A stretch of DNA of 64,000 nt. Source: Minisyncoccia bacterium (GTDB taxonomy: Bacteria; Patescibacteriota; Minisyncoccia; Phycocordibacterales; UBA9973). Below the pieces are notes generated by a model. That model was given only the letters and a program-made list of their open reading frames with translations, did no database searches and was not told where the DNA came from. The stretch lies in assembly GCA_044229265.1 (NCBI GenBank), contig JBGATK010000001.1, forward strand, positions 35,776 through 99,775. The letters run 5' to 3'. Positions 20,348 through 28,955 of this stretch are shown here, piece by piece. Positions within the stretch are counted from its first letter, which is position 1. Each line of letters starts with the position of its first letter. The translations under genes were made by a program, and so were the position numbers.

Positions 20348-22021
20348 TTATTTTATCTTTGCTTCGAGGATTTCTAAACGCCTACGCAAATCTTCATTTT
20401 CTTTTTTTAGTTCATTAATTTGAGCTTCATGTTTTTGAGTTTCTTTAAGTAGCAATACTGACAACATTGGATATTTAACAGAATCTGGGATTAGTAAATC
20501 TCTTGTGCTACCGGCAATTACATTCTTCTCTGGAATATAGTCCACCAAAGCAGGCACAACTTTATCTACATCTTCGGCTATAAGACCAAAATACCTAAGT
20601 CCATCACTTTTTGAAGTATAAGAAACTGGTTTCAAATCATAAATTTTTGAAGTATCTATTTCTAAATCCGCGACATCTTTTTTATATCTTATAGAAGAAG
20701 TTGAGCGAAGTAATTTACTAGTACCTGTATCATAATACGCATTTGCAGCATTTGCTGTCGTTCCAATACTTCCAAATGAAGGATTGGTTAGTGTTTTCCC
20801 CGATAGAGTTTGAGTGCCTGTTGTATCTACTGGGGTAAAAGTAGTCCACCCTGTACCTGAATTAACTCTACGTAAAGCATCATTATTACCAGGGCATTTC
20901 TCTACAAGAATACCTGTAGTTTCGGCAGCCAACATACAACCTCCGGTGACGCTTGATACTCCAGTACCTCCTTTACCTACAGGTAAAATACCCGCAACCT
21001 CAGTCGTAGCTAGGTCAACTTGAGCTGTAGTTCCACCACCAGTAGCAAATATGTAATTATTAGCAGTTATAACACCAGCACCAGTTGGACCCAACGTACC
21101 TGAGGTCAGTAGTGCTACTGTATTTGTACCTGTTGTAACACTCGCAAATGATACTGACCCTCCACCTCCAGATGTTCCACAAGAAAAAGTATTTGTAGCA
21201 ATAACATAATTTAAATGATTTCCTCCAGAATCAGGACAATTTAAAAGTGCTTTTGCTTCCCAAGCAGAACCATTTGAAACAAGTAGGGTATCGTCAACAG
21301 CACTTGAAAGGCCTGTGCCACCTTTGGCAAAAGGCACGACATTGTTATAAGTAGTAGAGAGTCCGGTAGAAGTAACGTCCCCAGTTAAGTTTCCCATAGT
21401 AGGTGTTCCCCAAGTATTATCGCCTCGCAAAAAAGTAGTAGAATCTTTTGTGCCAGTAGCTGAGAGCTTTGTAGTCGCTACTATAGTAGCATCAGTAATT
21501 TTTATATTAGTTATTGCATTGTCTGCAATTTTTGAATTTCCTACTGCATTGTCTACAATCTTTCCTGTTGTAATAGTAAGTGGGTCTATAGTCCAAGTAG
21601 CTCCACTGCCAGTAACAGTAATGTCGCCTTTATCACCATCAGAAACACCTCCGGAACTAACATCCCAAGTTAAATTTCCTGCACCATCAGTTTTTAAATA
21701 TCCATTTGCAGTTTGGTTTGCAGGAAAAGTATATGTTTCTGTATTTAGAGTAAGTGTTTTGCCTGGAAAGATAGTTACATTACCTTTTAAATCTGAAGTT
21801 CCGTCTACTACTAATACTGTACCAGAGCGTAGTCCACTCCATGCTACTATTCCTCCGTCTTTTGCTTGAGTAGTGGAGCTTGTGTTTATTGGGGGTTCGG
21901 TGTTGCCTCCTGTTGGAGGAGTGCCTATTGGAGGCACCCACACTGCAAATGCTTGCAAAGCTATTGCAAAGGCTGTGAGGACGAAAACAGATTGAAGAAA
22001 AATTTTTGTTTTATAAGTCAT
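20348..22021 (-). CDS. Tail-fibre-like surface protein with a C-terminal intramolecular chaperone auto-processing (peptidase S74-like) domain
   Basis: 557 aa; signal peptide ...LQAFA|VWVPP; C-terminus RSTSSIRYKKDVADLEIDTSKIYDLKPVSYTSKSDGLRYFGLIAEDVDKVVPALV...YPMLSVLLLKETQKHEAQINELKKENEDLRRRLEILE matches the endosialidase/tail-fibre chaperone domain pattern. Confidence 0.7.
   Translation of the reverse strand: MTYKTKIFLQSVFVLTAFAIALQAFAVWVPPIGTPPTGGNTEPPINTSSTTQAKDGGIVAWSGLRSGTVLVVDGTSDLKGNVTIFPGKTLTLNTETYTFPANQTANGYLKTDGAGNLTWDVSSGGVSDGDKGDITVTGSGATWTIDPLTITTGKIVDNAVGNSKIADNAITNIKITDATIVATTKLSATGTKDSTTFLRGDNTWGTPTMGNLTGDVTSTGLSTTYNNVVPFAKGGTGLSSAVDDTLLVSNGSAWEAKALLNCPDSGGNHLNYVIATNTFSCGTSGGGGSVSFASVTTGTNTVALLTSGTLGPTGAGVITANNYIFATGGGTTAQVDLATTEVAGILPVGKGGTGVSSVTGGCMLAAETTGILVEKCPGNNDALRRVNSGTGWTTFTPVDTTGTQTLSGKTLTNPSFGSIGTTANAANAYYDTGTSKLLRSTSSIRYKKDVADLEIDTSKIYDLKPVSYTSKSDGLRYFGLIAEDVDKVVPALVDYIPEKNVIAGSTRDLLIPDSVKYPMLSVLLLKETQKHEAQINELKKENEDLRRRLEILEAKIK
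21583..21907. repeat. ~325-bp near-identical tract, copy 2 (within the 5' part of the 557-aa gene)
   Basis: See copy 1. Confidence 0.85.
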
Positions 22022-22044
22022 AATTTTTTACTAAATAATAATAA

Positions 22045-23604
22045 TTAATTTTCTTTGTATTTTCTAGTTTGTTTACCAGAACTAGGATTAATATCTAAGG
22101 TTGTGGAATAAATTTGGTTTGAATTACCTGTGCAAGTAATAGTAAATTTATTATTACCTGCTGGAACATCGATATTAACCTCTTCGTGTGAACCATCAGA
22201 ACTGTCTTTAGGATTTGGTGTTTGCCACGAAGGATTGTTTGGCGCGGAAGTAGGGACACAAGAATTTGCCTGCATTCCAAGCACTGTCCATTTGAGCGTG
22301 GTTTTATTTCCCACAACTTTTGTATTAGAAAATGTAAGTTGCTCATTGAAACCCTTATTCACAAAAACAGGCTGGGCATTCACTGGCACTCCCCCATCAA
22401 AACATTGCAAATCAAAACGAACTGGGGCACTGATGTTTGCAATAGAATAATCGTATTTTGTTTGAGTAGTTGTATTTGAAGTAAAAGGACTTACCTTCCA
22501 ATCTGCCTGTGAATTTCCGAAAGAATCAGTAGTGTGTGCTATACAGCCTGTAAGCGGAGCATCAGAATACCAAGTAAGGTCAACATCAAAAGGTGAATAT
22601 GATACAAAGCTATCTGGAGCAAGGAATAATCGTATACCTACGTGAACTACTACACGTTCTACTACAGACCAAATAGTGCCAGTAGTGTCTAGACATTTTA
22701 TTTCATATATATAATCTCCTTTAGTATTCAAAATACCTGTATTAAAAGTGCCACTTGGTGAATTTTTTTCTGGCACTGGATTTATCCATGCTCCTGTATC
22801 CTGTGAACCTGCACCTTGGCTAGCCAAACATCCAGTAGGACTATTTATTAAATTAAGACCATCCCAAAATATTGTAGTTTGACCACCTTGAGGGATATAA
22901 ATATCTTGCGCTGAAATTGTAACCATGGGTTCATTGATAGGATCATAAAAAACATTTGAAAAATCTAACCAACCTACGACTTGTTCATCGTGAATACCTG
23001 AGCCATCATTTCCACCAAAGGCATAACCACCAAAAGTTTTTAAATTAGCATCATAACTGACACCATAGCCAGTGCCACGAAGAGAAAGCCATCCATCCCA
23101 ACCCCCATTTGAAGCATTTTTACCAGCATTGCCAGTACAAAGAGAAGGGACAGCTGAAGGCGAACAAAAACGAGCCCAGCCTCGAACTTCATTTCCGACT
23201 ACTTGGGCATTTTGAGTATAAGTTCCAAAACCAGTAGGCATTTCACTAGTATTTAATCCTCCGAATTTTACCCAACCATAGTGAGCTGAATAAGCATAAC
23301 CTTCTAAATAACCAGTATTTGGATCGAAATTTACACCATAATTTGAATCACTACATCCATTATGAGAGACACAATTAAAAGAAAGCCATTCTGTTCCACC
23401 TCTGACTAAACCATAGCCAAAATCACCTTCATCCATACCCCAAGCTGCACCCTGCAAACTATCTAGAGTGCTACCTTTGACTAAATTATTTGAAAAAGAG
23501 AATAAAAATCCAAAAACAACTACAATTACTAAAAACTTGATTGCTTTTACATGATCAAATTTAATCAAACTAACTTTTTTAAATATTTTTTTAAAAATTT
23601 GCAT
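22045..23604 (-). CDS. Secreted hypothetical protein (N-terminal anchor, Gly/Trp/Cys-rich)
   Basis: 519 aa ORF with an N-terminal hydrophobic segment; no recognisable family. Confidence 0.5.
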   Translation of the reverse strand: MQIFKKIFKKVSLIKFDHVKAIKFLVIVVVFGFLFSFSNNLVKGSTLDSLQGAAWGMDEGDFGYGLVRGGTEWLSFNCVSHNGCSDSNYGVNFDPNTGYLEGYAYSAHYGWVKFGGLNTSEMPTGFGTYTQNAQVVGNEVRGWARFCSPSAVPSLCTGNAGKNASNGGWDGWLSLRGTGYGVSYDANLKTFGGYAFGGNDGSGIHDEQVVGWLDFSNVFYDPINEPMVTISAQDIYIPQGGQTTIFWDGLNLINSPTGCLASQGAGSQDTGAWINPVPEKNSPSGTFNTGILNTKGDYIYEIKCLDTTGTIWSVVERVVVHVGIRLFLAPDSFVSYSPFDVDLTWYSDAPLTGCIAHTTDSFGNSQADWKVSPFTSNTTTQTKYDYSIANISAPVRFDLQCFDGGVPVNAQPVFVNKGFNEQLTFSNTKVVGNKTTLKWTVLGMQANSCVPTSAPNNPSWQTPNPKDSSDGSHEEVNIDVPAGNNKFTITCTGNSNQIYSTTLDINPSSGKQTRKYKEN

Positions 23605-23607
23605 AAT

Positions 23608-23913
23608 TTACTGTGTAATATTTAGTAGATCTTGCTTGGAATCTGTTTCATTTCTAGTGTATATATCTTTAGGAGGTGCGACTCTATTCAAATCTTTCTT
23701 CGCTTCAACATCAGATTTTAAATCTGCTGGAGGCTGAAAAGAATTCAAAGTTTCAAGACTTTTCGCATTTTTTTCTTCTTGAGTAAGCTCGGTATTCGGC
23801 ACAACTTGTTCAATCCTAGGAGCAGAATCTTTCTTGATTAAGAAATAAAAAATACCGGCAATTAACAAAACTACTAAAATGCCTACAAAAATAAAAATTT
23901 TTTGTTTTGCCAT
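23608..23913 (-). CDS. Small membrane-anchored hypothetical protein
   Basis: 101 aa; single N-terminal transmembrane segment (IFIFVGILVVLLIAGIFYFLI); first gene of the minus-strand surface-protein operon. Confidence 0.45.
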   Translation of the reverse strand: MAKQKIFIFVGILVVLLIAGIFYFLIKKDSAPRIEQVVPNTELTQEEKNAKSLETLNSFQPPADLKSDVEAKKDLNRVAPPKDIYTRNETDSKQDLLNITQ

Positions 23914-24017
23914 ACAAATATATTATATAAAATAAACGCTATAAAATTTAACTTATATGTGGATAACTAAAAAGTATTTGCCTTTTAGTTTTAAATTTGA
24001 TATTATATGCATATTAA

Positions 24018-24046
24018 AGTCCTGTCGAAAAAGGGACTTTTTTTAT
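24018..24046 (+). promoter_or_regulatory. Terminator-like hairpin plus T-run in the nusA 5' leader (possible attenuator)
   Basis: aagtcc tgtcgaaaaag ggactt followed by ttttttt, ~65 nt upstream of the nusA ATG. No plus-strand gene ends upstream of it. Confidence 0.35.
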
Positions 24047-24073
24047 TCCTCCTACGCCAAAGGCTACGGAGGA
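24047..24073 (-). repeat. Palindromic element copy (variant, reverse orientation): tcctcc-tacgccaaaggctac-ggagga
   Basis: Arms tcctcc/ggagga; the core is related to ttcgccaaagcttc at 35370. Confidence 0.5.
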
Positions 24074-24110
24074 TAAATAAAAATTTAATAGTTAATATAA
24101 AATTAAATAT

Positions 24111-25295
24111 ATGTTAGATATAAAAACATTCAAATCAGCCTTAGACCAATTAGAACTCGAACGAAAAATCCCAAAAGAAAAAATACTAGACGCCATCGAA
24201 CAAGCCATGGCTGCCGCTTATAAAAAAGATTACGGTAAAAAGGGGCAAATAGTTCGTGCTAAATTTGATCTTGAAACAGGTAAAACTGATTTCTATCAAG
24301 TAAAAATAGTCGTCGATGAAAGTATCGCTCGTATCGCACCTGTCGCAGAAGAAGAAACTGAATACGAAATAGCGGAGGAAAATGGCGATGAACGTGTTCG
24401 TTTCAATGAAGAGCACCACATTATGCTTGAAGACGCTCGCTTAATTAAAAAAGACGCTGAAATAAACGATGAAATAGTTTTCCCTCTTGATGCAAAAGAA
24501 GACTATGGCCGTATTGCTGCTCAAACCGCAAAGCAAGTCATAATTCAACGTATTCGTGAAGCAGAACGCACAAGTATTATGGATGAATATGGCACCAAAG
24601 AAGGTGAAATTATCTCTGGTATCGTTCAAAAAATTGAACGCGGAAATGCTTTTGTGGATTTTAATCGTGCAACAGGAATACTCCCAGCTGAAGAACAAAT
24701 TCCAGGCGAATACCTCGCTCGTGGTCAAAGAATAAAGGCATATTTATACTCTGTTGAAGATTCACCTCGTGGTGTTTCCCTGCGTCTTTCTCGCACACAT
24801 CCAAAATTTGTTGAGAAATTATTCTCTATCGAAGCTCCAGAAATAGAATCTGGAGTAGTAGAAATAAAATCCGTGTCTCGTGAAGCAGGTTCACGAAGTA
24901 AAATCGCAGTATTTTCAAACGATGAACATATAGACCCAGTAGGTTCTTGTGTTGGTCAAAAAGGTACACGCGTAAATACTGTGACTTCCGAATTAGGCGG
25001 AGAAAAAATCGATATTATCCCTTGGTCAACCGATCCAAAAGTATATGTAGCAAATTCTCTCTCTCCAGCAAAAGTACTTTCTATAGAAATAGATGAAAAA
25101 GAACACAAAGCTCTGATTGAAGTAGCTGAAGACCAACTATCTCTTGCTATTGGTAAAGGCGGACAAAATGTTCGTTTAGCGGCAAAATTAACTGGCTGGA
25201 GAATAGATATCAAAGGCAATGGTGCAGTAGAAAATAAAGAAGAAAATTCAGATGAAAATTCTGAATCTAAAGAAGAAGTTGCGGAAGAAAATTAA
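24111..25295 (+). CDS. nusA: Transcription termination/antitermination factor NusA
   Basis: 394 aa; N-terminal domain, S1 and tandem KH regions (…GEIISGIVQKIERGNAFVDF…; …GSCVGQKGTRVNTV…). Confidence 0.95.
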   Translation: MLDIKTFKSALDQLELERKIPKEKILDAIEQAMAAAYKKDYGKKGQIVRAKFDLETGKTDFYQVKIVVDESIARIAPVAEEETEYEIAEENGDERVRFNEEHHIMLEDARLIKKDAEINDEIVFPLDAKEDYGRIAAQTAKQVIIQRIREAERTSIMDEYGTKEGEIISGIVQKIERGNAFVDFNRATGILPAEEQIPGEYLARGQRIKAYLYSVEDSPRGVSLRLSRTHPKFVEKLFSIEAPEIESGVVEIKSVSREAGSRSKIAVFSNDEHIDPVGSCVGQKGTRVNTVTSELGGEKIDIIPWSTDPKVYVANSLSPAKVLSIEIDEKEHKALIEVAEDQLSLAIGKGGQNVRLAAKLTGWRIDIKGNGAVENKEENSDENSESKEEVAEEN

Positions 25296-25337
25296 TAAAT
25301 CTATAATTTAATTATTAATTAAATAAAAAATAAAACT

Positions 25338-25880
25338 ATGAGTTTAAATCTTTGGCACGATATAGAAATAGGAAAAAATGCACCAGAAGAATTCAATTGC
25401 ATAATTGAAATTCCAAAAGGTTCACACAATAAATACGAAATAGACAAAGCAACAGGTATTATCAAGCTCGACCGAGCAAATTACAATGCTTCACCTTATC
25501 CATGTGAATACGGCTTTATTCCTCAAACATTATGGGAAGATGGCGACGCTATCGATGTTTTACTACTTGCTACATACCCTATACATCCAGGTATATTAGT
25601 AGAGGCTAGACCTGTCGGACTCATGGAATTAGTAGATGAAGATGAATCAGACTACAAAATAATCGCAGTGCCAGTAGATGATCTAAGATGGAATGACGTA
25701 AAAGACATTGAGGATGTGAATAAACATACTTTAAAAGAATTTAAACACTATTGGGAAGTTATAAAACACTTAAAACCAAAACCTTCTACGGGAGTAATCA
25801 ATGCTTTTAAGGGCAAAACAGAAGCCATGGAAGCTATAAAACGTTCTCAAGAATTATATAAAGAGAAATTTGGTAAATAA
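25338..25880 (+). CDS. ppa: Inorganic pyrophosphatase
   Basis: 180 aa; EIPKGSHNKYEIDKATG...DGDAIDVLLL are family I PPase motifs. Confidence 0.95.
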   Translation: MSLNLWHDIEIGKNAPEEFNCIIEIPKGSHNKYEIDKATGIIKLDRANYNASPYPCEYGFIPQTLWEDGDAIDVLLLATYPIHPGILVEARPVGLMELVDEDESDYKIIAVPVDDLRWNDVKDIEDVNKHTLKEFKHYWEVIKHLKPKPSTGVINAFKGKTEAMEAIKRSQELYKEKFGK

Positions 25881-25912
25881 TATAAATTTTACCCAATACG
25901 AAATATGCTATA

Positions 25913-25944
25913 ATAGACTACGGAGCTAATCCATAGTCTATTTT
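25913..25944 (+). terminator. Putative intrinsic terminator after ppa
   Basis: tagact-N15-agtcta hairpin followed by tttt. Confidence 0.4.
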
Positions 25945-25976
25945 AGCTTCAAATTAGAAATAACATTAAAATAAAT

Positions 25977-26753
25977 ATGAAAAATACATTAAAATTATTC
26001 TTAATACTGTCCTTGGTTTTTGCTTTAGGGGCAAATACAGCAAAAGCTCGTGAAGAAGAGCCAGGAGACGATCGTGGAAGTGATAGGTCAACGTTAGAAG
26101 ATAGTTCTGAAAGGAATCTTCCCCCACCAGTGCCTGGTCGCGAAGAAGAATTTCAAAAAGCATTACAAGCTTTTATTGAATCACAAAAAGCCAAAGGTTT
26201 TTCCGAAGCTGAAGTGAAAAAATTCATAAATTTAAAAGCTGAAGATAGAAAAGAAAAAATAGAGAAACTTCATGATGAATTGAAAGAAAAACGTGAAGAA
26301 AATAAACAAAAGCTCGAAGATTTCAAAGAAAAGGCAAAAACAGAAAAAATTAAAAGTGTAATCGAAGGTCGCAAGCAAGCCCTAGAGAGATTTGAGAAAA
26401 GCGTAGACCGCCTAGAAGAATTACAAGACAAAGTGCAAACTATAATAGACAGAGTAAGTGCTAAAGGCGTTGATACCACAAATGGAGTAAAAGCAATTAG
26501 TGAAGTTGATGCGAAAATCATTACTATAGAAAGTAAAGTAAATGAAATGCATGCTATTCTTTCAAAATCTACTTCTGACCTTACAAAAGCTGACAAAGAA
26601 GCTTTATTAAAATTACAAAAAGAAGTTCGAACGCTGGTGACAGATTCACAAAAATTATTGCAAACAGCAATCAAAAATCTAAAAGATGCTATTAAAGTAA
26701 AAACCTCAAATTCATCATCTTCAAATACATCTACTAGCACAACTACACAATAA
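25977..26753 (+). CDS. Secreted coiled-coil protein with a Ser/Thr-rich tail
   Basis: 258 aa; signal peptide MKNTLKLFLILSLVFALGANTAKA; K/E-rich heptad-like sequence; ends SSSSNTSTSTTTQ. Confidence 0.55.
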   Translation: MKNTLKLFLILSLVFALGANTAKAREEEPGDDRGSDRSTLEDSSERNLPPPVPGREEEFQKALQAFIESQKAKGFSEAEVKKFINLKAEDRKEKIEKLHDELKEKREENKQKLEDFKEKAKTEKIKSVIEGRKQALERFEKSVDRLEELQDKVQTIIDRVSAKGVDTTNGVKAISEVDAKIITIESKVNEMHAILSKSTSDLTKADKEALLKLQKEVRTLVTDSQKLLQTAIKNLKDAIKVKTSNSSSSNTSTSTTTQ

Positions 26754-26777
26754 TTATTATTTAACTAAAACAAAAAT

Positions 26778-27020
26778 ATGGAAAACGATAAAAAATCAAA
26801 TGGTGCGTTCATAGGAGCAGTTGTAGTTATTATTCTTATAGTTGTCGGTGCTATCTACATGTGGAACAAAAAATCAGAACCAGTAGAATCACCTGTAGAA
26901 AATAATGAAGTTTCTGAGGATGCAACAGTAATAAATGCTTACGAAGAATTAAATACTATAGAGGGCGATGTAAATGCCATGAATACAACTGAACTAAATT
27001 TAGATAGTTCTGTGCAATAA
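26778..27020 (+). CDS. Small single-pass membrane protein
   Basis: 80 aa; one transmembrane segment (AFIGAVVVIILIVVGAIYMW). Confidence 0.45.
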   Translation: MENDKKSNGAFIGAVVVIILIVVGAIYMWNKKSEPVESPVENNEVSEDATVINAYEELNTIEGDVNAMNTTELNLDSSVQ

Positions 27021-27039
27021 AAATATATACTAAATAAAT

Positions 27040-27070
27040 TAAAAACACAGGCAAAAACCTGTGTTTTTAA
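27040..27070 (+). terminator. Intrinsic terminator
   Basis: acacaggcaaaaacctgtgt followed by ttttt. Confidence 0.6.
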
Positions 27071-27075
27071 TTTAT

Positions 27076-27104
27076 TTGAAAATTCTAAAAATTTAATGTA
27101 AGAT
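27076..27104 (+). promoter_or_regulatory. Sigma70-type promoter TTGAAA-N17-TAAGAT, 9 nt upstream of the tig ATG
   Basis: Hexamers and spacer read directly; there is no Shine-Dalgarno between the -10 and the ATG. Confidence 0.45.
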
Positions 27105-27113
27105 ACGAGAACT

Positions 27114-28172
27114 ATGACCATACAAATAAAAATAAACAAATTACCAAAAAGCGCAGTAGAGATTGAGGGCGAACTAGAAGCTAATGCCTTTGAAAGCTAT
27201 TTCGACAAAGCAGTAAAGCACTTGGGCGAACATTTTGAATTAGATGGTTTCCGCAAAGGCAAAGTGCCTACTGATGTAATGCTATCCAATATTCCCGAAA
27301 TTCGTATTTTAGAAGAAATGGCACAGTTAGCTATAAGCGAGCATTACCCAAAAGCCATAGCCGAGCAAAAACTAGACATTATTTCACAACCAGAAATTTC
27401 TATCACTAAACTCGCTCGTAATAATCCACTAAATTTTAAAATTAAAGTTGCTGTTCTACCAGAATTTTCTTTGCCAGATTATAAATCTATCGCTAAGAAA
27501 ACTTTAGCTAGTTTAACTGAAGCTGATAAATCTACTGAAATTACAGAAGCTGAAGTAGAGCAAACTATTATGGATATTCGTAAATCTCGCGCTCCTAAAG
27601 TAAAAACAGAAGATTTAGCAAATAACACACCAAACTCTGAAGTTAAAGAAGAATTACCGGACTTTAATGATGAATTCGTGCAAGCTCTTGGACCGTTTGA
27701 AAACATAGCTGACTTCACAGAAAAGTTAAAAGAAAATTTAAAACTTGAAAAAACAAATCTAGTTCGTGAAAAAACTCGCCTAAAAATCATGGAAGCCATA
27801 ATAGAGGCTACCACTATTGAAGTACCAGAAATAATAGTTGCATTAGAAACTGAAAAAATACTTTATAGAATGGAGTCCGACATTACCCAAATGGGTATGA
27901 AGTTCGAGGACTATTTAAAACATTTAAATAAAACCAAAGAAGATCTTAAAAAAGAATTTGAAAAAGATGCTGAGAAAAAAGCTATCCTTTCCCTCATCTT
28001 AAACCAAATAGCTAAAGTCGAAAACCTAGAACCAAATCAAGAAGATGTAGAAAAAGAAGTTTCCCATATCATGGAGCACTACAAAGACGCGGACAAATCT
28101 CGCGCCGAAGCTTATGCTCATAATATGCTAACAAATGAAAAGATTTTCCAATTCTTGGAAGAGCAGAAATAA
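27114..28172 (+). CDS. tig: Trigger factor (short form lacking the central PPIase domain)
   Basis: 352 aa; N-terminal ribosome-binding domain with GFRKGKVP; the sequence then passes directly into a C-terminal-arm-like region; clpP lies downstream. Confidence 0.8.
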   Translation: MTIQIKINKLPKSAVEIEGELEANAFESYFDKAVKHLGEHFELDGFRKGKVPTDVMLSNIPEIRILEEMAQLAISEHYPKAIAEQKLDIISQPEISITKLARNNPLNFKIKVAVLPEFSLPDYKSIAKKTLASLTEADKSTEITEAEVEQTIMDIRKSRAPKVKTEDLANNTPNSEVKEELPDFNDEFVQALGPFENIADFTEKLKENLKLEKTNLVREKTRLKIMEAIIEATTIEVPEIIVALETEKILYRMESDITQMGMKFEDYLKHLNKTKEDLKKEFEKDAEKKAILSLILNQIAKVENLEPNQEDVEKEVSHIMEHYKDADKSRAEAYAHNMLTNEKIFQFLEEQK

Positions 28173-28174
28173 AA
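28140..28174. repeat. Direct repeat copy 1 (tig 3' end, aagattttccaattcttggaagagcagaaataaaa)
   Basis: Repeated at 29507-29539 with a single-base indel. Confidence 0.8.
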
Positions 28175-28256
28175 TCTCAAACTTCACTCTTGCTTTAAAG
28201 CAGGCAAAACTTTGACAAACTATTCTGAAAGAGTTAGATTTTAAGAAAATTAAAAA

Positions 28257-28898
28257 ATGAATAAAGAAAAAATGATTGAACTGGCCCACGCTAATCGCGT
28301 GCTCCAAATTAATTTTACCGATCAAATTACTACCAGCCAAGGAGATTTAGTCCCTATTTATTTTGATTGGCGAAACAGTGGAGAATCTCCAGAACTTATG
28401 AATTTGATCTCTGACGCAATTTACGAAAAAATGTGGAGACTGGAGGTTGATGTGATTGTTGGTGTAGCAAACGGAGGTTCTTTGCATGCTGACTGGTTGG
28501 CTTCAAGGATTAACCACAAGATCGCGTTCGTAAGACCTAAGGCCGAGCCGAAGGGACACGGATTTAGAAACGTGATCGAAGGAGCTATGGTGAAAGATCG
28601 TAAAGTTTTCGTAATAGAAGACGTACTGACCACAGGCACCTCGCTCGAACAAGCTATTTGGGCTCTTAAAAAAGAAGGGGCTATAATTGTTAAGGCATGT
28701 GCTATATACGCTCGTAATAGAAATATTATTGACGTATTTAATAATAAAGGCATAAAATTGGATTTATTATTAGACTTGAATGATTTTTCTGAATTATTTA
28801 ACAGTATTTTTAGTCCAGAAGATCACAAGGCTTTCAATGCTTGGATATACAAGCAAATGTCAGAAGGCATGAAGCCAAGACCTAGGCTTCATAGTTAA
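28257..28898 (+). CDS. pyrE: Phosphoribosyltransferase, orotate phosphoribosyltransferase-like
   Basis: 213 aa; ...SQGDLVPIYFDWRNSG... (PRPP/orotate loop-like) and VFVIEDVLTTGTS (PRPP-binding motif). Confidence 0.55.
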   Translation: MNKEKMIELAHANRVLQINFTDQITTSQGDLVPIYFDWRNSGESPELMNLISDAIYEKMWRLEVDVIVGVANGGSLHADWLASRINHKIAFVRPKAEPKGHGFRNVIEGAMVKDRKVFVIEDVLTTGTSLEQAIWALKKEGAIIVKACAIYARNRNIIDVFNNKGIKLDLLLDLNDFSELFNSIFSPEDHKAFNAWIYKQMSEGMKPRPRLHS

Positions 28899-28925
28899 AT
28901 CTCTATTATTCTCTTTGAACAATTA

Positions 28926-28954
28926 AGCGGAAATTCGTATTTCCGCTTTTTTTA
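28926..28954 (+). terminator. Intrinsic terminator
   Basis: agcggaaattcgtatttccgct followed by ttttttt. Confidence 0.6.
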
Positions 28955-28955
28955 T

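Noticed and set aside
19874-21907. Diversity-generating retroelement (template/variable repeat pair) as an explanation for the near-identical tracts in the fibre-like genes
   Set aside because: The few mismatches are not adenine-specific on either coding strand. The tracts are N-terminal rather than C-terminal lectin-fold regions, and no reverse transcriptase is in the window. Gene conversion between paralogues fits better.
20348-22021. Prophage or tailocin, suggested by the S74 tail-fibre chaperone domain
   Set aside because: No capsid, portal, terminase, sheath or baseplate genes are nearby, and the gene sits in an operon with a signal-peptide-bearing paralogue and pilus genes. Domain reuse on a surface protein is more likely.
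9932-22479. Many 60-220-aa track ORFs on the plus strand across the pilus and surface-protein block (for example 9932-10408, 15528-16187, 18727-19104, 21450-21869 and 22130-22479)
   Set aside because: All lie antisense within long, well-supported minus-strand genes. The identical pair 19912-20160 and 21450-21869 simply reflects the 325-bp duplicated tract.
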